Assembly: GCA_013239625.1 (NCBI GenBank) | Contig: MU054338.1 | Span: 560,001 to 620,000 of the forward strand | Direction: 5' to 3' | Length of the DNA: 60,000 bases | Source: Lama guanicoe | Taxonomy: Eukaryota | Part shown: piece by piece, positions 33,201-46,325 of the stretch | Numbering within the stretch: position 1 is the first letter of the stretch | How the letters are laid out: every line of letters starts with the position of its first letter | Made by a program: the position numbers and the translations under genes | Notes under the pieces: generated by a model | What the model was told of the DNA's origin: nothing | The model's database searches: none | Seen by the model: the letters and a program-made list of their open reading frames with translations, nothing else

Positions 33201-34949
33201 CCCCAGAATCCAGCGAGGACACAGCTTGCAAGTGGACAGGCAGGCAGCAGGGTAACAGGTTCTGGGGACACGGGCCAGCTCCCCGTGGGTGCCTGGAGGC
33301 GGTGAGACCCTGGCGGCCCCTCCTGCAGGAGCCTCCTCAGGAGCACAGAGGAGCCGCTGGGCCGGTGGGGGCCCAGCTGGCAGCTGGTGCAGCACAATCT
33401 CCACCGCGCAGGGACGCGGCCCAGGGCTTCCAGACGGGCTGCTTTTGCAAGAGCAGTGGCAGGCCTGGATTTGGGGGTGGCCGACTCTGGTTTCTCAAAG
33501 CTGCACTCCACCTCTGTCCCAGTGTGGGGCGCCCTTCCCCAGGTTCCCACGGTGCCAGGGACAGAGCTGCCCAGCCCTCGGGTTTCCAACCAGGACTCCC
33601 TAACCAGGGCTGTCGATACAGCCCCCGATACCTACCTGGGGGCTCACCCACCCTGAGCCGCAACCCCCACCAAACAGTCAGCTGAGCTCCTGGAGGGCCA
33701 GAATCTGATGAAGCCCCCCAAAATGCCCCAGGCGGCACCAGGAGAGGTCCCCCTACCCTGGGCCGAGACTGCCAAGCTCAGAAGCAGCCTGGGCCAGCAG
33801 CTGGGCATGCACAGGGGTCCCACGTCCCCAGTGTGCAGCTCCCAGAGCAGAGCCCCCTCCTCCCAACACCGCTGAGCTCTGACGACCCTATGCACCCCCA
33901 GACCCAGTGCACACCCACAGGGCACGGCCGAAAGAGGGAGGGCCCCATGCCCACACCACTGCAGGTCCCGGGCTGGTGTTCCTCAGTTCACCTCATGGGT
34001 AGAGGACCCACCATCCACCCAGGCTGCTCCCAGCACCTCTGGGCCATCAGTGAGCGGGACACTCACACCATTCCGGTGGTGAGTCAGTGCCATAAACGTT
34101 TATTGCAGGTCCGCGGCCCTCCCTCCTCCGTCCCTGCTTCCTGTGTCAGCCTCTGACCCCCGGCCCGACGCCTTCCGGAATGTGGCACGCAGCCCTCACA
34201 CCAGCTGCAGGCCTCGGAGGCAGGCCCTCTGGGCCTCTTTCAGTTTCACTTGGGGATCTGCTCCTATAAGGACTGAGGCCCAGCCTGGGGCACCTGCCCT
34301 GGCCAGGCCCTGCCCCCTGGGGCCCAGGAAGGCTGGGCAGGCTCCTGGCTTGGAAGGGGAACCTGAGAACTAAGGGAGGTGCTGGGTGACCCACTCCCCT
34401 GCGCCGGCACACAGCTGGGGTCAAGTTCACTGCCTTCCCCAGGACTGTGTTCCCGCTGGCTATGTTGTGGACACCCCCTTCCTGCCCCATGGGCACAGGG
34501 GGAGTCACTGAAATGGATGGATTTGGGGGGCCTCCTCTCTCCGCCATCATCTGGCCTCACGGGGCTGGGGAGGGTAGCCCGCCCAAGCAGAGGAACCGAC
34601 AGGGGGGCCAGGACACAGCCAGCCCCATCTGCCACCTCCTGCAGGGCCCAGGTTTCCAGGAGGGGCTCAGCAGGCCTCCCACTGCCCACACACGGTCCAA
34701 GGCACCCCTGTACCTCGAGCCCACGTCCCTCCAAGACCACTTCCTGCAGGAACAGTTGGGACAAAGGTAGGGCTTGGGCACTCCCACGGGAGCCTCATTT
34801 ACCCTCCTTAAAACGTGGACACCACACCTCCTCTGTCCCGCCTTGTGGGGCCCCAGAAAACGCCTGACTGACCGACGCCCACTCACCCCAGGCCGCAGCC
34901 CATGGCATCTGAGGGCTGACCAGACCCTGCTTTCTCTCTTTCTTTCTCT

Positions 34950-35285
34950 CTAACACTTTTTTGTTTTTGGAGATGCAATTCACATGCCACACACTTCACC
35001 CATTTAAAGTGTACCATTCAGTGGTATTTGATACATCCACAGGGTTGTGCAAGAACCACCTCTATCGAATCCAGAACATTCCATCACGCCAAAAAGAAAC
35101 AGCGTCCCTATTAGCAGTCACCCCTGCCCCCTCCTCCAGCCCCTGACGACCAGGAACCCCTTCCCTGTGTCTGGGGACTGGCCTGTTCTGGACGTTTCAC
35201 ATCCATGGAATCGCACACTGTGTTTTTCTGTGTCTGCTTCTCTCACTGAGCATCGTGTTCTCAAGGTCTGTCCACGTCGCTGTAT
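34950..35285 (-). mobile_element. L1MB-like LINE-1 3'UTR fragment (shared-core copy E)
   Basis: ttcacccatttaaagtgtaccattcagtgg...gactggcctgttctggacgtttcacatccatggaatc...tctgtgtctgcttctctcactgagcatcgtg. Confidence 0.78.
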
Positions 35286-36495
35286 GTAAATGACAAGTCC
35301 TAGCTCTGCCTCCCCAGGGGGCCTGGCAAGCCCAGAGCAGCAGAAATCCACAGTCCAGGCCCTCACCTGAGTTACCCACTCAAGGGCAGGGCGGCCACAC
35401 CTCCCAGCACGGGATGATGAAGGAAGTTTGCTTCCATTTCAGCCCCATTAAGGTCCCACCTGTGGACTGACCTGCCAGCAGCAGGTACTCAGGGACAGGG
35501 ACTGGGTTTCCGGTCAGGGGAGAGGGGACCCATAGGCATCAGAACTCGAGGCTGCACCGGCCTGGGCAGATGGGGGAGATGGCAGGCGAGCAGGGCAGGC
35601 CAGGCCTGGACAGGTCTGAGTGACCTCGCTCTCAGCGACACCAGGCAGCCGGCCACACCTGGCCCTCCCTGCGCCTGACCACAAGGCCCTGGGCTGCAGA
35701 AAAAGTGGTTGGAGAGGCTACAACCTGCCCAGGCCAGATCGCACATGCACACAACACACACGCACACACTCTCACATGTACACACACTTGACCATGCATG
35801 CACAAAAGTGCACATAGCACACACGTGACACATGCACACACACTCTCCAGGTATGCGCACTGCTGCGCACACCACACTTGTGTCCTCGCAGGCGCATGCG
35901 TGCCCAGGAACTGCGCTGGTGGGGGTGGGGGAGGTCTCCCCGGCCTGTGTGTCAGCCCTGCAGTGTCTTCACTTTTCGATGACGTGACCCCACCCAGGGG
36001 ACAAGCAGATCCCCGCCCCCGCCAGCGGCTGTAAAAGCATCGTTAGGCAGAGGCCGTCCCGGGAGGGAGGCAGCCTCTAGGGCCTGTACACAGCGGCCTC
36101 TTTATTCCCGGCCCAGCTCGCTCACGCGGCCAGAGCCTCGTGCTGGGTCAGCATTTCCACCCGGCCCCTGCTGGAGGGGCATCTGAGACTCTGCTCAAAC
36201 CAAGCTGAGCCAGCCTGGGCTGGTCTCGTCCCCAGTGAGAACCAAACCCATGGGCCAGGAAGGTCCAGCCTCAGTTTCCCCCAAGTGGGGCTGGTGGCTG
36301 GCCGAAGGTCAGGCAGCTGGAGAGAGCTGGCCCCGGGCTGCACACCTGTGGCCCAGCCTGCCCTACCCAACTCCAACTTCAAATCCAAGTGCCTCTGCCT
36401 CTCCTGCGCTCTGCTCCACAGGCTACCCTGGAAATCAGACCCCTCGTCTGGGCCCCTGGGGCTCCCTCCACCCCCTGCCAAGCAGATTCCCCCCA

Positions 36496-36522
36496 ACACA
36501 CACACACACACACACACACACA
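36496..36522 (+). repeat. (AC)13 microsatellite
   Basis: Directly visible. Confidence 0.95.
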
Positions 36523-38219
36523 GTGCGGGTCCGGCTCCAGGCAGGTGTGAGCAGAAGTCTGCACAGAAGCTCAAAGTTAAACAAAGGGCCTTCATGCCCT
36601 CTGAAATCCCAGAGCGCCTTCCCCTGGATCCCCAAGTTCGCTGTCACTGGGGATGGTGTCTTGCACTCGCCAGGCTCCCCAGGGTCTGTAAGGCGCATAC
36701 CTGCCTCTCCCCGGCCATGGAGGGGGGGGGTCCTAGCACCACCCGCTGGTCCTGCCCTTCTCCAGCCCACCCACCCAGTCGCCCCAAGTAGACAGCCCTG
36801 AGCAGCCATCCCCCACCTCTGCAGCCTCCCTGGGGAAAGCCATTGTTTTGCAAGAAAAGGTGCAGACGGGCTGGCAGTGGCTTCTCCAGGCTGCCCAATG
36901 GGCTCAGGTCTCAGCACCAAGGACGGGGCACTAGGCCTCCCCTGCTCATAAGGGTCCCTGACAGCATAGATGCCCCTGCAGCCGGGCACGCAGGGCCCAA
37001 TGCAGTGAACAAGAAGTGCAAGGTCAGGTCAGGTTCGGCTATCTGGACTTGGGGACAGGCAGGGCCTCACATCTACTGGCCGATGCTGGTCCTGGACTTC
37101 TCTGGAGTCTCATGCCTCGGACAGTGGCCTTTTTTCCCTCCAGGGTCTGCGGCCCCCAGGGCCCAGCCCCATTTTCCTTGAACCTTCCCAAAGTGCCTGC
37201 AGGGACAGACCCACCAGGCTGGGCTCAGGGCTGGATCACCTGGCCTGACAGCAGGTAACCAGGTTCACAACTAAAGTCCAACAGCAGCCCCCATGCCACC
37301 ATGTGAACACTCACCACCCCACAGCCTGCCAGCAAGCTTCATCCCAGGCTGCCTCCAGGCTGGGCACCCTCCGATATGGGGTGCAAACAGGTGGCACGAA
37401 AGCTGGCCGGGTCGGGCAGTGGGCAGGGAGAAAGGGCGTTCGGGGCAGGAGGGACCAAGGAGCACCCCAAGAAACAGAGGTTGTGGGGGGCTGGTGCAGA
37501 CACAGTTGACACAGTCTCTTTTTCCCTTTGCAGAACATTGATAAGGCAATGCTACAAGACCACTCACGCCTCCCAGGCACTCCTGCCGGGATGTCCAGGT
37601 CTCTGCTCCCAACCCAGGCCCGTCCCAGACACCGCTCTGGATGCTGCGAAGATGCACTGTGCGTGGCTGCACTTTCCCCGTCCACCCACACCGTCTGCTC
37701 CTCAACCCACTCCAGCTCTAGGCACCTCTGGGGCGGGGGCCACCTCTGCCCACCACCTCCCTCCAGCTTATCCTTGAGGAGGTGCCCAGTGCCAGTCCCG
37801 GGGGACACTTCCACCCCACATGCTCTGCCAGGTCAGCTAAAGCCAGTAAAGCACCAATTCCAAAGATGCGGAATCCCACCTATGCAAACACGGAACAGGA
37901 GCCCCAGGGCGGAGAAGCCATGACAGGTGGGGTCCTGGGAGAGAGGACACTGAGGAGGAAGGGCAGGAACTAAGGTCAGGGACCATCCAGAAAGGGAGGG
38001 ACTAAGGTCATGGAGGTTGAGAGTCTCAAGAAGAGAGGGTTCAGGCACTGGCGGAGGGGCAGTTAGGAGGGGGTCAGGAAGTGCTGGAGACACACAGAGA
38101 AGTGCAGGGTCAAGGGTCAAGGGAGAAGTAAAGCCCAGGGATCACCGGGGAGCTCGGGATAGGGGGTCACCAAGAAGGGAGGGGGTCACAGAATCAGAGG
38201 AGAGCGAGAAGGAAACGCT

Positions 38220-39070
38220 GGGGAGTCGCCGTGGTCCAAGGTTCACGCGAAGGTGGGTCGGGGGTGGGTCACAAGAGCCAAGGGTCGGGGGTCGCCGAGG
38301 AGGGCAGGGTCAGAGTTCACGGTGGAGAGGCGGGGCCACACCGCCGCGCTCCCCACGCCCAGGGCCCGGGAACCCCGGAACTCCAGCACCCCCGGCCCGG
38401 GGCGCGGGCTGCCGCGGGGAGCCAGGACCCTCGCGGGCCGGGGAGTGCGGCTCGACCGGGCGGGGACGGCGGGGGCGGGCCGGGCGCGCCTCACCTCGGA
38501 CCCGGGTCCGGCCGGGCGCGGAGCCCGCGGCGCCTCCGTTTCTCCGAGCTTCGCCGCGGTCGCGCTCACTTCCGGGTTTCGGGCGCCATCTTGGGGGCCC
38601 CGCGCACTTCCGGTCATGCCGCGGGGCGGGGCCTGTGGTGGGCGTGGTGTGGGCGGTGCTATGCCGCCGGCTGTGTTCCCTGAGTCCGCAGTGGCCCGTC
38701 TGCCTTCTGGCGGGGCTTGGACTCCAGCGGTCCGGGGTTCGAACCCCGAACCCCCAGCTCCTGTTGAGGCCCTGTCACGTGGCTTCTCCTCGTGAGCCTC
38801 AGTTTCCTCCTGTGCAGCATGAGGGTTAATGGAGCCATTCCCACCGGCAGGCCTTTGCACGGCCGTGCCGTCCCCTGGTGCACTCTGACCCTGACCTCTC
38901 AGCCGCCGGGGTTCTTGTATAACCCAGGTCTTGGCTCGGAAGCTTCTCAACAGAGACGCCCTCGCAGCCACGTGAGAGCGCGCTGGGCCCCCAGTCGCGC
39001 TCCCTCGGGTTATCGCCTCCCTGCCGATCATCGATCATTGTTGTCGGCTCATTGGTGTCTCCGCGGCGGG
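38220..39070 (-). promoter_or_regulatory. CpG-island promoter of SBNO2
   Basis: Dense CpG. Two GABPA/ETS sites CACTTCCGG (38567-38575, 38605-38613), YY1 GCGCCATCTT (38583-38592), GC box GGGGCGGGG (38623-38631); TATA-less. Confidence 0.85.
38495..38590 (-). other. SBNO2: SBNO2 non-coding exon 1 (5' end approximate)
   Basis: Strong donor CCGAG|gtgagg at 38495 inside the CpG island, directly downstream (- strand) of ETS/YY1 motifs. Confidence 0.75.
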
Positions 39071-40111
39071 GTGGGAGCTCTGAGACCACCCCGCCACACA
39101 GAGAACGGCGCACAGGGTCTGGTGAGCCCCAGGGGCCAGGCGGAGAGGAAGCAGGGCCCTCTCAGGCAGGGCCGCGGGGGTCTGGGGGGCTCCCCGCCGG
39201 CTCCCTCCCCCGTGGCGCTTCCAGGGGCCTGATGCGACCGAAGCAGGGATGTGCCTCACTGCTGGGAAGAGGGTGGACTCAGCCCTGGCCAAACAGTGTT
39301 CGTGTGACCTGAGCTCGTTGGCCCCACCGCGGGGTGGCCGGCGGCTCAGACACATCCAGGGCAGGAGGCACCACCTGCTCCCCAGCAGTGCGGGCACTGC
39401 TACCATTTTTCTGGGCCCACTCACCACCAGCCAGAGACCTCTTGTACCCATTCCAACCCCCTGAATTTAAAGGTCACCTCTGCTTGTTTATTCAGTGAAC
39501 TCTTGCGGAGGCTGCTGTGTGCCTGACCTTGAGCTGGACAAATCTGGGGCCTCAGAGAGGACTTAGTTCTCATTCCTGCCTTCAGGAAGTCCCCAGTCGG
39601 GGGAAAACAGAGCCAGGACCAGATGCTCCCAACTGCAAAATTAGGCCTGGGGCCCAAGGAGCGGTGAAGTCTGTGCCTAGGACATCGTGGAGAGCGGGGT
39701 GCTGAAGGTGGGGCTTTGAAATTCCAGTAACAGTTTGCCAGACAGCTAAGCTTAGGAAGGGCAGTTCGGGCAAATTAAAAGCTGTTTAAAGGCCTGGTCT
39801 GGTAAGGGAGATGAGTGTGTTTAAAATCTATTTGCCCTAAAAATTCAGGCTAAGGACTCCCTGTACCCATACCTACAAGCCCAAGGGAGCAGATGGGGAA
39901 ACCGAGACCCAGAGAGAAGTGATTTATCCGGAGTGAGCTTCACTTTGGCGTGCGTGGTCTTTAGCAATTGGGTTGTAACCTTGCCTTTGAAACTACCTGT
40001 TGTATAACTAATGAGAAGAAGTTAAATTGAGCAATAGGCACTTAGGATTCAAAAGGTAAATAAGTTGATTGGGGAGGAGTGTCTGGTGACACGTCCGTGG
40101 TTCCTCTCACA

Positions 40112-40235
40112 CAGGACCAGCCACACAACTGGAGGACCCAATGAGAGGTGAAAATGCAGGGCCCTGGTTCAACGAGTATTAAGAACGTCGAGACGCGAGC
40201 ACTGACTCAGTACAGGCCCCTGAGTGCAGGGCCAG
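40112..40235 (-). mobile_element. MER45A (hAT) fragment
   Basis: caggaccagccacacaact...tgaaaatgcagggccctggttcaacgagtattaagaacgtcgagacg resembles the MER45A reverse complement. Confidence 0.65.
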
Positions 40236-40955
40236 GATCAGGTCCTAAGTCACGTCCCCAAAACTGGCCCTTTTCCCACAGTGACCCTCTGAGGTCGGGG
40301 CTGGTGTTACCTCCATTTCACTGCAGGGGAAACCGAGGCGCAGAACTGTCCCGCAGCCGGCCCGAGGTCACAGAGTAGCCCCGGGAGGCGTGGCCTTGAC
40401 CTCTGCCACATCCTCCTCGGGAAACCACGAGGCCCCTACGGGTAACACTGCCTGAAATGGGGGCAGTTTGCCCAGGCCGGGGTGGGTCCAGCCATCTCAG
40501 CATGGAGGAATCTGCCAAGTCTGGGGATGTCTAGGGAATTAGTCAGATTTGGGGATTTCCAGGGAATTGCAAGAAGCGGCCTGGGATTGCAGAAGGGACA
40601 GAGCTCGAAAGCTGGGTGCTGTGTGACCCACGGAAAGTGCTTTTACTCCCCTGTGCCTCCATTTCCCCACCTGTGGTAATAATAGTAGCTACCTGCAAGG
40701 TGGTTCAGATAGCTGATTGGACAACGTCTAGTACTCAACCATTATGACCATTTCCAGGTGAAGTAGTCCAGGCTCGTGGGGTTGCCACCCGAGTGAACAT
40801 TCAGTGGGCAAAATGCCCAAGGCTCCTCCTCCCACGGGGACAGAAGGCCTGTGGCGAGGGGCCTGTTTAATGTCTGAGAGCCTCCTCTTCAAGCCCTCCC
40901 TCAACCCTGCCCCACGCAGGGCCTGTCCCCCAGGCACTTTGACCAGGCTCCAGCA

Positions 40956-41125
40956 AGGGTCTCCAGATCAAATACAGGACGCCCAGTTAGACTGGAATTC
41001 CAGGTACAGGAGGGGTCATTTTCCAGTGCCACTGTGTCCCAGGCAATATTTGGGATATACCTGTACTGAAGAAGTAGCCTCTGTGGATCTGAAGTCCACA
41101 TCTAACTGGGAGTCCTGTATTTTTA
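40956..41125 (+). mobile_element. MER53 (palindromic hAT MITE), second copy
   Basis: Arms aaatacaggacgcccagttaga ... tctaactgggagtcctgtattt form an inverted repeat. Confidence 0.75.
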
Positions 41126-43519
41126 CTGATGCAATTAAGGGACCCAACGCGGAAGGACCATCAGCAGAAACGGGGTCCCGGAGCTGAGCCTGCCCAGCGC
41201 ACACAGCGCTAGAACCAGGAACACTGGTGAGCTCAGAGCGGGGTCCTCCCCTGTCGTTTTCGTTATTTGAAACAGCAGAAAACTTCAGATGGACGGGCAG
41301 ATGGAAAGTCAGGTCCCTGGGGGCTTCCCTGTGCATCAAGGAGATTCTTGGGCTAACTCTCAGTTTCCCTCCTGGGAAGGATGCCAGGGCTAGGCCCGAC
41401 TTGGAGTCTGGGAGACTGAGGCCGGCGGGGGAGGAGCCTGGGGAGACCGGGCAGGTGAGGCCGGGCAGGTGGGCCCAGCCTGGCCCAGCTGGCGGGGGCA
41501 GGGCCTTGCCACTTCTTGTTTCTCCACATTCTGGAAAGCCCCAGCGTTCCCAGCCTCCTCCCTCCCGCCTCGGGACCTGGGTCCCCCACCACTTCTACTT
41601 TCCATGGCCACTTCCCCTCTGCCACTCGGTTCCCTCTCCCCTCCTCGCCTCTTTTCTCTCTTCCTGGAGCCCCATCAGACCCTTCTGTGGTGCCGCAGGG
41701 GAAACTGAGGCAGAAACAGCAGGGCCTGCCCAGGCCCCAGAGTTGTGTCTGTGCCCCTGGCATCTCTCTCCCATCACTTACCTTCTCCTCTCTCTGCCTC
41801 TGTCCCTGTCCCCACATACCCCGTCTGTCCCTCCCTCCATCTCTGCTCCCACCAGCAGCCCTCAGAGGAGAGCTAACTCCACCCAGTCCAGCCACCTCAC
41901 CCTCCCTGTCCCCGGGCCCACCTGCTGCTTGCCCGGAGGTGTCCTCAGGCAATGCTGGCCTGGTTCCTGGATCCTGCAGCTCCCTCCTGCCCGGCCTGAG
42001 CCCAGAGCTGGACCCTGCCAGGCCAGGCCAGGGCTGCCTCTGAGCCAGGGCAACTTCAGGGAACCGCAAACCCGTCCGACGGGTTTGAGATCCGCCCCAG
42101 ACAGGCCTTCCCGCCTCTGCGCTGAAGCTGGGATGCCAGGGCTGTAGGGGTTACATGTGACACCTGACTAAAGCACCCCCCAACACAAGGCTGAGACAAG
42201 GCTGGGCCCTGACACTGGGGAGCAGTGCGGAAGGGAGGAAAGAGCAGCAGCCCACCCGCCAAGCCCAGAGGGGAAGAGCCAGCAGGGAGCAGGCCTCGCA
42301 TGTGCAAAGGCCCGAAGCAGCATGTGCAGGGCCCAGGCAGCCAGGGCAGTGAGGCTGCAAAGTGGAAGGTGTAGTAGTGGGGGCCCCAGAAACCTCGAGT
42401 GAGGCCTTTATCCTGGGGGCACTGGGGAGCCACTGAATGTTATGGAGCAAGGCAATGGGGTGGGGTCAGAGGTCACCTGGTCTGCCCATACTTGCTGGAT
42501 GCGGGGTGGGGGATGGTGGAGGAGCCATATCTTTGAAGCTTACCTGGTGGCAGGACCAAGGCTGGAAGAGGCCAAGCTGCTGCCCCAAAGCCAAAGGAGC
42601 CCAACTCTGAATTTCTTGTCATCAAGGGCTGATAGTGAGCCAGACTTGGGCTGGGGAAGAGTTGGGGGAGGAGGTGAGAACCCTCAGGATGCCCCTCAGC
42701 CCCAACCCTGCATCAGAGGGGGACTCAGCTTGGCTTTGTCCCCAGGGCCGCAGGGATCCAGGGAGGATTTAGAGCACCAGCAGAGAGGCAGCTAGGGCAG
42801 GGGCAAGGAGGGGAGGGCATGAGGAGGGGTGGAGGCAAGCTCATCAGGAGGGAGGGGTGGGCTTCAGGGTGGGGGAGGGGAAGGGAGAGAGGCTGACCGC
42901 AGGCTTGGGGCCATGCACTCATCCGCTAAACATTCATCATCTGGGTGCCAGGCGCCAGGGCCACAAGGGACATTGTTATGCTCCCGGGTCACAGGGGAGT
43001 GGGATACCTCTGCAGTGCAGGGCTCTGACTGCAGTGCTGGCCCTTCCTGGGCAGGTTCCTGCTACATGAGTGCCAGGTGAGGGTCCAAGCAGGTGGATAG
43101 TGCCCCACCTTCCCCCAGCAGGTCCTCCCGGGTGTAGACCATGGCCAGCCCTGAGCACTGATGTCACCTGTGCTGGGACTTCCTGAACCTTCACCTTGGA
43201 TCAGTCCGGCCCTATGGGGAAATTCCAAGCCAGCCAGGGCCCAGCTGACTCATGTTCAGACCCCGGTGGCATGCAAGTAACCAGGCTCCTGAGGGGCATT
43301 GGGAGCATTTGGAGGACTTTGTGGGATCCCCACCACCACCACTCTCCATCCACCAGACTTAGGAAGAAGACAGACTACCCGGGTGAGGTGTCCCCATCAC
43401 AATCTTCAGGGCAATGGTATTGAAGCCAGTTCCCCCCCTGCTGGTCATCTCATGTCCCCTGGGCTTCCAGAATGACCAGTAGAGTGGAGCTCCAGCAGCA
43501 GAACATAAGGCTAACTCTT

Positions 43520-43662
43520 CCTGGGTTCAAATCCCAGCCCTGCTACCCAGTGGCTGTGTAAGCACAGGCAAGTTACTTAACCTCTACCTGCCTCAGTGTC
43601 CCCATCTACAAAATAGGGAAAATTGTACTTACTTCCCTTGGAGGGTTTTTGTGAGAATTTGT
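43520..43662 (+). mobile_element. MIR SINE
   Basis: cctgggttcaaatcccagccctgctac...ggcaagttacttaacctct...cctcagtgtccccatctacaaaataggg is the MIR core. Confidence 0.8.
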
Positions 43663-43719
43663 CAAGGACCCATATAAGCTTGGGGATTTTATGGTAAAAA
43701 TGTTAAGAGGAAAAAAATT

Positions 43720-44165
43720 TTCATAGCACGATTCACAACAGCCAAGAAGTGGAAACAACCCTGGTGTCCATCAGTGGATGATGGACACACAATGTGGTCC
43801 AGCCACATACGGGAATAGTACTCATCCATGAACAGGAGAGCAGCACTGACACCCGCTCCCACGTGGACAGACCCTGAGAGCACGATGCTCAGTGAGAGAA
43901 GCAGACACAGAAGGACACAGTGTGTGAGTCCATGTATGTGAGACGTCCAGAACAGGCCAGTCCACAGACACAGGGAGGGGGTTCCTGGCTGTCAGGGGCT
44001 GGGGAGGAGGAAGAGTGACTGCTAATGGGGACCCGATGTTTTTAGGCGGTGATGACAATGTTTGAAAGAGGTGGTCATTGCACAAGGTGAATTGTGAAAG
44101 GCCACTGATTTGTACACTTTAAAATGGTTAATTACATATTATGTGAATTTCATCAAAATAAAAAG
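43720..44165 (+). mobile_element. L1MB-like LINE-1 3'UTR fragment (shared-core copy F)
   Basis: gccaagaagtggaaacaaccctggtgtccatcagtggatg, shared core, then gtacactttaaaatggttaatt...tgtgaattt. Confidence 0.8.
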
Positions 44166-44269
44166 AAGGAGAAGGCAATCAACTGTGGGAATCAGAAGAG
44201 TGCTAGATGTTCCAGCCGGGTCATCATCGAAGCCTAAAGTTGCAAAGGCATTTCAGAGGTTCTTTGTCT

Positions 44270-44750
44270 TTTGTCTTTGATCAGCCATGTGGATGGCAGG
44301 GACCCTTGATGTGATGGGGGAAGAAGGCATTTCATCTCTGTGGTCTTCCTCTCCAAGCCCATCCTGCTGGTCCGGCCTTGAGAAAAACACCCAAGAAACC
44401 CCAAACAAGGCACATTCTACAAAATACCCAGCCAGTCCTCCCCAAAGCATCCAGTTATCAGAAACAAGGAAAGTCTGAGACACTGTCACAGCCCAGAAGG
44501 GCTTGAGATGTGACAACTAAAGGTCATGTGAGATCCTGATGGAGTCTCGGGGCAGAAAAGGGACATTAGGGAACAACTACAGCTAAATCTGAAAAAAAAA
44601 ATGAGGACTTTAAATGATAATATTGTATTGATGACAAACATACTCATGTAAGATGTTAGTTCAGGGCAAAGTGGGCACCGGGATACAGGAATTCCTGGTA
44701 CCATCGTTGCAACTTTTCTCTAAATCTAAAGTTAAGGCTCTTCAAAAAAT
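44270..44750 (+). mobile_element. L1MC/L1MD-type LINE-1 3'UTR fragment
   Basis: cacattctacaaaatacc...gaaaagggacattagg...gcaactttcctctaaatctaaag-like terminus. Confidence 0.65.
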
Positions 44751-44869
44751 TATCATAGTATGAGGCCTGACCGTGTCCTCCCATCCCACTCTGTGGGGTG
44801 AAGCCCACCCAGGCCGGCCACCTACAGCTTCTACTTCCAAAACCCCCTGCTTGAGTCTTAATGCCTAGA

Positions 44870-45560
44870 TTGTTTAGAATATTTTGGGTGCAAGTGACAG
44901 AAACTGCAACTGAAACTGGCTTTTTTATTTTTTCCTTTTAAATGGGAATTTTTTGCTAATGGAACTGAAAGGTCCAGGGGTAGAATTAACTCAGGGTTCT
45001 CCCCCTCAGCACTGCTGACATTTGGGACCAGATGGTGCTCTGTGTGGAGCCGCATTCCTGCCCCCCGCCCACTCAATGCCAGGAGCTCCCCAGTCTTGAC
45101 AACCACAGATGTCCCCAGATGTTGCCCAATGTCTCCTGGGGGCAGGACCACCCCTGATTGAGATCCATTGGTCCAGCTGGTTTCAGATTCACCTAGACCC
45201 AGGACCCTCAAACAGTCACAAGGATTTGTCCAATTCTCTGATGCTCAGCTCTGCCATCCTCCCTCTTCGCTTTTTGCCTCAAGAATCTCCCCAGATGGAA
45301 AAAAAAAAAAAGAATCTCCCTAGATGGGGACATCTCCCTCTCTTTGTCCATCTGGGACAAAGATGGTGCCAGCAGCTCCAGACCAAATTCCCCCCATCAG
45401 CCTAACAGCCCTTGCAGAAGATCAGCACCTCTCCCCAAGAGAAGCATCTAAAGTCCCAGGGAAGATTCTGATTGGCCCAGCCTCGGTCACATGTCCTTGT
45501 TGAAACAATCTCTGTGGCCAGGAAATGGAATGCCCTGATTGGCCGAGCTGGGATCACATG
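44870..45560. mobile_element. Old MaLR LTR (MLT1J/K-like) with a nested MER20 at ~44992-45170
   Basis: gggtgcaagtgacagaaactgcaactgaaactggc...ctgattggcccagcctcggtcacatgtcc; the insert cagggttctc...gcactgctgacatttggg...tgagatccattg has MER20 ends. Confidence 0.6.
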
Positions 45561-45854
45561 GTTTTATGCAGTCAGCCAATAGGGGCAGAACCCCATGATG
45601 TTAGCCAATGGGGTGTGTGGAGTCAGCCAATGCGGTGAGGACCCTCTGGACTGGATCAGAAGCAGGGGGCGTAGCCTTAGCAGTAGAGCACCCCCACCCC
45701 AGGTAAGGCTGGTTAGCCACCCCACTTGGGCTGGGGAGGTTGCACATCAAGAAATGAACACATGGTATACAGTAGTGCTCAATAAATGCATGCTGAATGT
45801 AAAGTGATCAATGGTTGAATGATGGCAGAGGCTGGGGTGGTCCCACATCCAGCC

Positions 45855-46263
45855 TGTGCTGGTTAGCTATGGCTGCGTAACAAATTTCTCTGAACACAGA
45901 GGCTTAAAGCAACATTTTTAAGTGATTAGCTCACAGCTTCTGAAAACCGAGTCCTTGCTCAGACTCCATCACTGGTGTTTGCTGAGGGTTGAAAGCTCAG
46001 GGGGAGGCTTGACCAGGGAAGGGTCTAGATTGACTACTTCCTTGCTGTTGTAAGACAAGGGACCCTGTATTTTCCTGGCTGTTGGTTTGAGGCTGCCTCC
46101 TGCCTCCACATGGGCTTCTCCAAACCCACAGGGAGGGTATGCAGGTCTGGTGTGTGTGATTTCTCCTAACAGAGAAATGACATCCAGACACCTACCCCCT
46201 CAAGGAGAGTGAACGCCACCAAGGAGGTGGACCTCGGGCCACTTTAGAGTCTGTCCTCCACAC
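45855..46263 (-). mobile_element. MLT1F/H-like MaLR LTR, degraded
   Basis: tgtgctggttagctatggctgcgtaacaaat...ggcttaaagcaaca...ctcacagcttctg...ttagagtctgtcctccaca. Confidence 0.6.
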
Positions 46264-46325
46264 AGCCTCCAGAGAAGTACAGCCTTTCACAGCTCACCAC
46301 TGGAGTGCAGAGTGACACTGCCTTG

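Noticed and set aside
38017..39031. 270-aa and 262-aa ORFs over the SBNO2 promoter
   Set aside because: Same CpG-island artefact; no domain evidence.
41440..41470. Strong + strand donor CAG|gtgagg at 41454 as a possible far-upstream STK11 exon
   Set aside because: No supporting promoter or exon evidence in the sequence; such donors are common.
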